Shown here in pieces: positions 39,572 through 46,257 of a stretch of 64,000 nt of DNA. The translations under genes and the position numbers were made by a program. Source of the DNA: Nocardioides sp. GTDB taxonomy: Bacteria > Actinomycetota > Actinomycetes > Propionibacteriales > Nocardioidaceae. The notes beneath the pieces are model-generated. The model made no database searches. It was not told where the DNA came from and saw only the letters and a program-made list of their open reading frames with translations. Every line of letters begins with the position of its first letter. The stretch's first letter is position 1. The stretch lies in assembly GCF_050699375.1 (NCBI RefSeq), contig NZ_JBOHDN010000104.1, forward strand, positions 1,151 to 65,150. Reading direction: 5' to 3'.

Positions 39572-39616
39572 CCCTAGGAGCGCTACGCACGCATGCGGTG
39601 ACTGGCGCTCCTAGGG
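39572..39616 (-). terminator. hairpin (12-bp arms CCCTAGGAGCGC / GCGCTCCTAGGG, 21-nt loop) about 53 nt downstream of the CHAT gene stop
   Basis: Read directly. There is no U-tract, so the terminator role is tentative. Confidence 0.35.
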
Positions 39617-39668
39617 GTCGAGCTGCTCGCAGGGCGTCGCCGGCGTGGCCGACCACACCTCGCCAGAA

Positions 39669-42107
39669 CTACGAGAAGCAGACGAACGGCGCTGGGGGCG
39701 CGTCCGCGGTCGCCGCGGGGAGGGCCTCGGCGAGTGCTTCGGCTGGCGCGAGGCCCTTCGCGAGGGCGTCATGGAGACGGCTGAACACGTTGTGTGCGGC
39801 CTCGTCCGCCACCACTGCGGGCGAGGCGATGACGGCACGGGCTCCGGCGTGGAGCCAGGCGCCGACCAGGCCGATCAGCTCCTCGCCCCAGCGGACGTTC
39901 GACCGTCCGACCTCGCAGGCGGAGAGAAGCACGACGTCGGGGACGGAGGCGAGGCCGTCGATGTCGTAGCCGTACCAGGTCCCGTCGGCGAGCTCGAGGC
40001 CGGAGAAGAGTGGGTTGTCGGCGGAGTGGTGGCCGTGGGCGGCCAGGTGGAGTACGTCGACCTCGGCTGCCAGCGCAGAGACGGCCGCTGCGGTGGCGTC
40101 GGCGCCGGTGAGCGTGAGCGCGCCGAGCCAGGCGGTGGCGCTCTTGGTGACCTCGTCTGCGGCGCGCATTACTCGTGGGCCGGCGACGAACCCGGCTGAC
40201 TTGGTACGCAACGGAGCTTCGGCGCGGTCCAGCCAGGCCGTGGCGCTCTGGGCAACCGTCACGGGGCGGCCGGTGAATCCGGGGAGCAGCGTCCACGGCA
40301 CCGTCGCCAATACGGCAGAAGGAGTCAGCACGACAGGCCGGTCGCCGATCCGCTCCATGATCGGTGCGACGAGCAGTGCCGACAGGTGTCGGAGTCTCGC
40401 GGTCAGATCGCCGCGTACGGCAGCACCGAGCGGGCCTGGGAGATCGGTAGCGGCGACATCGAGATCCGGCAGCAGGCCGCCCAGCAGTGATCCGAGTGCG
40501 GCATGGTCGCCGAGGTCGATCCGGGTGGCGGCGTCGTCGGTCGCGACGACGGCGACGATCCGGCCGGCGGCCACGACATAGGCAACGAGAGCATGACCTC
40601 CGATGCGTTCACGCAGATCCGGAAGCGTCACGGGATCCGAGACCTCGCCGGACCCCTTGACCCGCCAGGCACGCTGTCGGATCTGCTCACGCAGCTCGTT
40701 CTCACGCTCGGGTGTCACCTCACCACGGAGCTCGGCCAGGTCGGCGGCGAGCTGGGGGTCGGACGGCGGACGCACGGGCTGGACCCGCGAGGCCAGCATC
40801 CGCGCGCGCTCCGACCATTCGAAGAGCACCTCGGTCTCACCGGATTCGACGGCCAGGTCCAGGCCACGCCTGGCCAGAGTGCGGCCGTGCCCGGTCACGT
40901 TGGTCTGGAGGTCCAGACTGCCGAACGAGCTCTGCCACAGATGGAAGTCGTCCAGTCCCGCTCGGAGCTCGCGCAGGCCGGATGCGGGTCGACCGGACGC
41001 CATTGCCAGCTCGGCGCGCAGCTCTCGCTCCAGGAGGCGGACGTCGATCGGAGCCTCCGGCGGCACGGGGCCGATGACCCTGCCCCCGGCCTTGCTTCTC
41101 GGCGGCCCGGCGGTCTCCGCCGACCGGATCCGCGCGAGGCGCGCCTGCATCCGCACGCGCAACGCCGGCCAGCTCAGGCCTTGCTCCTCGAGCGGGACGG
41201 CCAACTCTTCGCCGTCGTCGGACGGTGCACCACCGGCCGTAACCGCCGCCTCGAACGCCACCGCCCGCGCCCGCAGGGCCAGCCCCGGCGCCTTGGCTTC
41301 TTCGAACCACCCCAGCGCCGAGCGCGCCACCCGTTCCGCTTCGGTCGGGTCGGTCGCCACCAGATGCGAGGCGAGCACGAGCTCCGCCTCCCCCTGCCGC
41401 TGCCGCTGAGCCTTCGATCCGTACGCCTCCGCCGCCTGCCGCAGCATCTCGCCACCCTGCCGCGTCAGGCCCGCCGCCATCAGCACCTCTGCCCGGTCGG
41501 CGTCGCACACCGCCTTCACCAGCGGCCCCGCTTCGGCCTGAAGATCGTACGACGACTCCATCAGCGCCAGTGCACCGACCAGATCGCCGGAGAGGAACAG
41601 CGCGTAGGCCCCATTGTGCTCGGCCTGGGCCGCCGCCAGATCGTTTCCGATAGTGCGATAGGTCTCAGCAGCCGCGGAAAAGTCAGCCGCGGCCATCGCA
41701 GGATCGTGTTGGTCCAGGTAGACGGTTCCCCGATTGAGATACGCGGCCCCGAGATCAACTGGGCTATCGGTCAGGCCGTCAATAACCTTGGTAAATACGG
41801 CCAGAGCCTCGGCAGCTCTGCCTGCTCGTCTTAGCAAGGTGGCTCGCTGTTGCAGAAGGGCCGCCTTGGTCGATGCTGCAAGGCCATCGGATCCGAGTGC
41901 CCGATCAAGCATTCCCAGCGCCTCATCGACATCGGACTGATCAGCTTCGATGTAGGCAAGAGTCGACTCCACGCGTGCCGAAAGCACAGGGTCAGCACGC
42001 TGGTTCGCGGTGGCACGTGCGTCCTCTAGGAGGCCGACCGCCTCGCTGAGATTGCCGGCGTTCATGGCCTCAACGGCCCGCCGATGCAGTTCCTCTGCCT
42101 CAACCAT
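39669..42107 (-). CDS. TPR-repeat plus CHAT-domain (caspase-like clan CD) protease, 812 aa, no signal peptide seen
   Basis: N-terminal half has TPR-like helical repeats (..AYLNRGTVYLDQHDPAMAAADFSAAAETYRTIG..). C-terminal CHAT domain has a His/Cys dyad (..VLHLAAHGHH.. and ..VVLLSACEVG..). The ATG at 42107 lies 5 nt after the S8 stop. Confidence 0.85.
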   Translation of the reverse strand: MVEAEELHRRAVEAMNAGNLSEAVGLLEDARATANQRADPVLSARVESTLAYIEADQSDVDEALGMLDRALGSDGLAASTKAALLQQRATLLRRAGRAAEALAVFTKVIDGLTDSPVDLGAAYLNRGTVYLDQHDPAMAAADFSAAAETYRTIGNDLAAAQAEHNGAYALFLSGDLVGALALMESSYDLQAEAGPLVKAVCDADRAEVLMAAGLTRQGGEMLRQAAEAYGSKAQRQRQGEAELVLASHLVATDPTEAERVARSALGWFEEAKAPGLALRARAVAFEAAVTAGGAPSDDGEELAVPLEEQGLSWPALRVRMQARLARIRSAETAGPPRSKAGGRVIGPVPPEAPIDVRLLERELRAELAMASGRPASGLRELRAGLDDFHLWQSSFGSLDLQTNVTGHGRTLARRGLDLAVESGETEVLFEWSERARMLASRVQPVRPPSDPQLAADLAELRGEVTPERENELREQIRQRAWRVKGSGEVSDPVTLPDLRERIGGHALVAYVVAAGRIVAVVATDDAATRIDLGDHAALGSLLGGLLPDLDVAATDLPGPLGAAVRGDLTARLRHLSALLVAPIMERIGDRPVVLTPSAVLATVPWTLLPGFTGRPVTVAQSATAWLDRAEAPLRTKSAGFVAGPRVMRAADEVTKSATAWLGALTLTGADATAAAVSALAAEVDVLHLAAHGHHSADNPLFSGLELADGTWYGYDIDGLASVPDVVLLSACEVGRSNVRWGEELIGLVGAWLHAGARAVIASPAVVADEAAHNVFSRLHDALAKGLAPAEALAEALPAATADAPPAPFVCFS

Positions 42108-42112
42108 GGTTA

Positions 42113-43663
42113 CTACTCGGTAACTGGCCGGAGCGTGGTCAGCATCTCCAACGCCGACCACGCGCGCCCCATATCCTGCTCCAGATCGCCGGGATGTCCG
42201 TTCTCGAGGAGGTGCTGCGCAATTCGACCAGCAAGCAATGGCGCCGCGAAGGACGTTCCACTCCAAGTGCCGAAGCCACCGGTGAAGTCGTCAGGATCGA
42301 GCGACGCTCGGACACGACCGATGTGCTCGATCTCCTTACCGGGTTGATATCCGCCGTCGAAGGTAGTCGGCAAGGTACTCACCACGCCTGCTCCGATCTC
42401 ATGTGCCCGGATCCACGGTCCCGCGTTCGAGAAGAGCGCGTCAGTACGCCGATTTGGATTGAGCGCCCCAACCGAGACGATGGGCAGAACATCGGCCTGC
42501 GGATCGACTGGTCCACGGCCGTCACTCCAAGGAGCGAACGCGGCAGGAAACAGCGGACGGGCGGTCGCCTCATTGCCCGCGGAACAGACGACCAGCGTCC
42601 CGTTGGCGGACAGATCGGCCAAGATCTCATACAACGTGGGATCAAAGAGGGCGTCCTCCGGCGTCTCGTGGTAGTAGCCCATCGATAGATTCAAGATGTC
42701 GATGCGTCGACCGCGTGGGTCACCGACCCGATAGAGGTGGACGAGCTCTGCGATCTGAGCGAGCGCAGTGATCCAGTCCATCTCGGCGATCGGCCCGTCC
42801 GGAGGCACGATACGCCAGGACAAAATCTCGGCATCCGGACAGGCCTGATGAATCAGCCCCGCGATGAACGTCCCGTGGCCCGCCATCGCGTCGATGACAC
42901 CGTCGAGGGGACCGACCTGATCCTCGTCGATCTCCGAGTCTGGTGCGGAGCTGGGCCAACCAATCGGATGACCGTCAAGGCGCGCATCGGACTCGACGAA
43001 ATCGAGCCATGGATGAGGGCCGCATCCAGTGTCGAGAACCGCCACCACCGGACGGAGGTCTCCATCCAGCTCATCATCGCTCCGACGACGAGGCGGCAGA
43101 CCTACAAACGCGACGGGTTGGCGCCCACCTGTGCCGAGGGGGTCATAGTCGTCGTCACCTGTACCGCGGTTATGCGGAGTGCCTATGTTGTGAGGAGTGC
43201 CAATGTTGTGAGGAGTGCCGCGATTGTGAGGATCTGACCCGACTGTCGGATCCGGCGTCAACACGTGCTCCAAGCTGACCCCGTACGCGCCGTCTGGGCC
43301 GTCAGCGCGCAGGACCTGCAGAACTGTCCACGCATCCGGGGCTTGGACTGCTTGACCGGGAATGACCCCGAGCCGGACCCTTCGGACACCGAATCGTAGG
43401 CCGGTTGCGCACTCCGGCTCAGGTTCGAGTTCGGCCCGCCATCCCAGACGTCGAGCTGCCTTTTCTATGCGGCTGAACCTGCCTTTTAGATTCGCGGACT
43501 TCGAGACGAGAAGAGCAGCCGAGGAGTACACCGTCGAATGTGCTGTCACTCCGTCGACGGCTATCGCATGGGACGGGTTCAGCACACGAGCTTCGCGGGA
43601 GCCGTAGGTGATCTCCAGCAATGGTTCTCGCCAGCGATGCCCAGGCTTGGGGGCTGTACTCAC
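42113..43663 (-). CDS. S8 (subtilisin-like) serine peptidase, 516 aa, no signal peptide or TM segment seen
   Basis: Asp VAVLDTGCG, His AGHGTFIAG, Asn NLSMGY, Ser SGTSFAAP. GTG start with GGAG upstream. About 150 aa of unassigned N-terminal domain, followed by a GTPHNx repeat linker. Confidence 0.85.
   Translation of the reverse strand: MSTAPKPGHRWREPLLEITYGSREARVLNPSHAIAVDGVTAHSTVYSSAALLVSKSANLKGRFSRIEKAARRLGWRAELEPEPECATGLRFGVRRVRLGVIPGQAVQAPDAWTVLQVLRADGPDGAYGVSLEHVLTPDPTVGSDPHNRGTPHNIGTPHNIGTPHNRGTGDDDYDPLGTGGRQPVAFVGLPPRRRSDDELDGDLRPVVAVLDTGCGPHPWLDFVESDARLDGHPIGWPSSAPDSEIDEDQVGPLDGVIDAMAGHGTFIAGLIHQACPDAEILSWRIVPPDGPIAEMDWITALAQIAELVHLYRVGDPRGRRIDILNLSMGYYHETPEDALFDPTLYEILADLSANGTLVVCSAGNEATARPLFPAAFAPWSDGRGPVDPQADVLPIVSVGALNPNRRTDALFSNAGPWIRAHEIGAGVVSTLPTTFDGGYQPGKEIEHIGRVRASLDPDDFTGGFGTWSGTSFAAPLLAGRIAQHLLENGHPGDLEQDMGRAWSALEMLTTLRPVTE
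43169..43240. repeat. 18-bp tandem repeat x4 (last copy degenerate) inside the S8 gene, encoding (GTPHN[IR]) hexapeptides
   Basis: gttatgcggagtgcctat / gttgtgaggagtgccaat / gttgtgaggagtgccgcg / attgtgaggatctgaccc. Protein reads DPHNRGTPHNIGTPHNIGTPHNRGTGDDD. Confidence 0.8.
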
Positions 43664-43672
43664 AACTTCTCC

Positions 43673-44185
43673 TCAGATCTCGAACGTGGGGGTGAGGAAG
43701 GCCGAGGTGCCGTCGGCGGGCTCGAAGCGGAGCCGGATGAGGCCGGCGGGCAACGAGGTGAGCTCGAAGCGACCCGAGGCTCCGAGAGTGACGGCGACGA
43801 TCGGCGTACGGACGTCGTCGGCGCGTATGGCGCGGACGGTCATTGGGGCGCCGGGGACGACCCAGCCGTCGAGGCGGGCGGTGGTGTCGGAGTCGGAGGC
43901 GACGCGCACGAGCACGTCGACGCCGGACTGCGCGAAGCGCAGCGTGTAGGCCGAGCGGGCGGAGGCGGGGGCGGCGGAGCGTACGCCGGCGGCCTCGGCA
44001 CCCGACGAAGACTCGACCAGGAGCATCAGCTCCAGATCGAGCCCGAGGCCGGACTCCTCCGCGGCGCCGGCGGCGGCAGCCTGCATCCGGGAGATCAGGC
44101 CTCCGGGAACAGGGTCGCCCGATGCGTACGCCTGCCGGACCAGACCCAACAACTCATCGCGAGTGGGCTCCTCCGAGCGACCCAT
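43673..44185 (-). CDS. 170-aa protein of unknown function, translationally coupled to the ECF sigma gene (candidate non-canonical anti-sigma factor or protease substrate)
   Basis: Its ATG (44183-44185) shares one nucleotide with the sigma TGA (44185-44187). High GC3. No TM helix or HxxxCxxC motif seen. Beta-rich C-terminal half. Confidence 0.6.
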   Translation of the reverse strand: MGRSEEPTRDELLGLVRQAYASGDPVPGGLISRMQAAAAGAAEESGLGLDLELMLLVESSSGAEAAGVRSAAPASARSAYTLRFAQSGVDVLVRVASDSDTTARLDGWVVPGAPMTVRAIRADDVRTPIVAVTLGASGRFELTSLPAGLIRLRFEPADGTSAFLTPTFEI

Positions 44186-44787
44186 CACGACACCTCCCCT
44201 TCGTCGAGCAGTGCGTCCCGCAGCTTCCCGAGACAGCGGCCGCGGGTGGGGCCGATGCTGCCGATGGGCATCTCGAGCTCTTCGGCCAGACCGGCATAGT
44301 CGGGCCGGTGGTCGAAGGCGACCACGCGCAACAGCCGTCGGCACCGCTCGGGCAGGCCCTCCACGGCCGCCCAGATGCGTGAGTTGCGGTCGCCTTCGAC
44401 GACGACGGACTCCGCCGATCGCTGTGTCGGGACCCTGGACTCGAGGGCGTCGTCCTCCACGGGTACGTCGCGGGCAGATCGCTTCGCGACGCGCCACGCC
44501 TCTCGGCGCGTGGTGAGCGTGAGCCAGGCGCCGACGGCGGCGGTGTCGAGGATCGAGGAGTGCTTGCGTACGAAGGAGAGCCAGGTGTTCTGGACGACAT
44601 CCTCGGCCTGCTCCTGGGAGAGCCGGTAGGAGCGGGCGACCTGCCACAGGACCGGAGTCATCGTGGCGACCAGCTCGTCCAGGGCGGCGGAGTCGCCGCT
44701 GAGCCAGCGGTCGAAGTCGGCGGTGGCCCGGGACCATACGGTCGCGGGCGCGTCAGCGTGACCCACCCCGCGGCCTACCCGTGTCAC
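44185..44787 (-). CDS. ECF-type sigma-70 family RNA polymerase sigma factor (200 aa from GTG 44787; alternative ATG starts at 44862 and 44874)
   Basis: Region 2 ..LDELVATMTPVLWQVARSYRLSQEQAEDVVQNTWLSFVR.. and region 4 ..LPERCRRLLRVVAFDHRPDYAGLAEELEMPIGSIGPTRGRCLGKLR... GAGGAGGAG lies 3 nt before the GTG. Confidence 0.85.
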   Translation of the reverse strand: MTRVGRGVGHADAPATVWSRATADFDRWLSGDSAALDELVATMTPVLWQVARSYRLSQEQAEDVVQNTWLSFVRKHSSILDTAAVGAWLTLTTRREAWRVAKRSARDVPVEDDALESRVPTQRSAESVVVEGDRNSRIWAAVEGLPERCRRLLRVVAFDHRPDYAGLAEELEMPIGSIGPTRGRCLGKLRDALLDEGEVS

Positions 44788-44946
44788 AGTCTCCTCCTCG
44801 ACCGGCGGCCTCCGGATCGGCGCCGAGCCGGTGGGGGGCCAGATGGCACGCGGGCGCGCCATCGTGGTGGTCATAGTTGCTGTCACGCCTTGAAGGAGCC
44901 CCTCGCTCCGGCCGTGATACATCTGCCCGCCGACAATAGCGTCTCT

Positions 44947-44973
44947 ACGCAACAGACTCACTAGGTGTTCGCA
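44947..44973 (-). promoter_or_regulatory. candidate ECF-type promoter GCGAAC-N17-CGTA upstream of the sigma gene
   Basis: Minus-strand reading of 44973-44947 gives GCGAAC ACCTAGTGAGTCTGTTG CGTA. This resembles the GGAAC-N16/17-CGT pattern of autoregulated ECF promoters. It is a single weak match. Confidence 0.25.
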
Positions 44974-45090
44974 GCAACCGTGCCCATATTCGGCGACGCG
45001 AAGGGGTCCCCGGCGAGCTCTGGACAGGCTCGGATACCCGCTTCGACCATCGGTTCGAGCTCGGTGGTCGAAGCGGGTAGCCTTCGGCGG

Positions 45091-46254
45091 GTGAGTCTCA
45101 CCGTGCGCCCCATCACCGCTGCGGAGCATCTCGCTTACATCGAGAAGCAGCCCAGCGTGAGCTTCCTCCAGACCCCCTCCTGGGCGCGGGTCAAGACCGA
45201 GTGGCGCTCGGAGTCGATCGGCTGGTTCGACAGCACCAGCGGCGGTGCGCTCGTCGGGGCCGCGCTGGTGCTGCACCGGCCGGTGCCGAAGCTGGAGCGC
45301 TACACGCTCGCCTACCTCCCCGAGGGCCCGAGCATCGACTGGTCTGGCGACCTCCAGCCATGGTTGACGCCGCTGGCGACGTACCTCAAGAAGAACCGCG
45401 CCTTCGGCATCCGGATCGGACCGCCGGTCACGACCGCGGTCTGGAGTGCCGGGCAGGTCAAGGACGGCATCGCCGACGAGACCGTCCAGCGGCTCAATCA
45501 GCTCACCCCGAGCCACCGCGACGCCACCGGCGCCCGCGTGGTCAGCCAGCTCCGGGCCGCCGGCTGGAAGCCGCAGAGCCCCGAGGACGGCTTCGGCGCC
45601 GGCCAGCCGCAATACAACTTCGTCATCCCGTTGGCCCACGAGGACGGCACCCCGAAGACCGAGGACGAGGTCCTCAAGGGGATGAACCAGCTCTGGCGCC
45701 GCAACATCAAGAAGTCCGCCAAGATGGGCGTCGAGGTCGCCGTCGCGACCCCGGCCAAGCCCGCCGGTGGCGAGTTCGACTCGGACCTGAGCGCCTTCCA
45801 CGAGCTCTACGTCCACACCGCCGAGCGCGACCACTTCACCCCGCGCCGCCGCGACTACTTCAAGACCATGTTCGCGGCGATGTCGGCGGAGGACCCCGAG
45901 CGGATCAAGCTCTTCATCGCCCGCCACGAGGGCGATGTGGTCGCGGCCACGATCATGGTGCGCGTCGGTCAGTACGCCTGGTACTCCTACGGCGCCTCCT
46001 CCACCGAGAAGCGGGACGTACGTGGCTCCAACGCCCTCCAGTGGGCGATGATCCAGGACGCGATGGCCGCCGGAGCGACCAGCTACGACCTGCGCGGCAT
46101 CACCCCGACGCTCTCCACCGACGACTCCCACGTGGGGCTGATCCAGTTCAAGGTCGGCACCGGTGGCCAGGCCGTGGAGTACGCCGGCGAGTGGGACCTG
46201 CCGCTGAACAAGCCGATCTACACGGCCTTCGATGTCTACATGAAGAGGCGCTGA
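45091..46254 (+). CDS. FemAB-family peptidoglycan interpeptide-bridge aminoacyltransferase (FemX-like)
   Basis: ..ITAAEHLAYIEKQPSVSFLQTPSWARVKTEW.., ..YSYGASSTEKRDVRGSNALQWAMI.. typical FemABX pattern. GTG 45091 (or 45103) preferred over the ORF start at 44965. Confidence 0.8.
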   Translation: MSLTVRPITAAEHLAYIEKQPSVSFLQTPSWARVKTEWRSESIGWFDSTSGGALVGAALVLHRPVPKLERYTLAYLPEGPSIDWSGDLQPWLTPLATYLKKNRAFGIRIGPPVTTAVWSAGQVKDGIADETVQRLNQLTPSHRDATGARVVSQLRAAGWKPQSPEDGFGAGQPQYNFVIPLAHEDGTPKTEDEVLKGMNQLWRRNIKKSAKMGVEVAVATPAKPAGGEFDSDLSAFHELYVHTAERDHFTPRRRDYFKTMFAAMSAEDPERIKLFIARHEGDVVAATIMVRVGQYAWYSYGASSTEKRDVRGSNALQWAMIQDAMAAGATSYDLRGITPTLSTDDSHVGLIQFKVGTGGQAVEYAGEWDLPLNKPIYTAFDVYMKRR

Positions 46255-46257
46255 CCG

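Noticed and set aside
39147-39969. ORFs 39147-39656 (-), 39292-39969 (+) and others in the 39.2-39.7 kb gap
   Set aside because: The translations are Arg/Pro/Gly/Ala strings without motifs, the ORFs overlap each other in several frames, and no ribosome-binding sites are visible. The region is treated as non-coding.
42113-42266. Apparent 154-nt overlap of the S8 and CHAT ORFs
   Set aside because: The in-frame ATG at 42107, 5 nt after the S8 stop, gives a sensible N-terminus (MVEAEELHRRAVEAMNAG..). The upstream extension is Cys/Arg-rich and lies within the S8 coding sequence.
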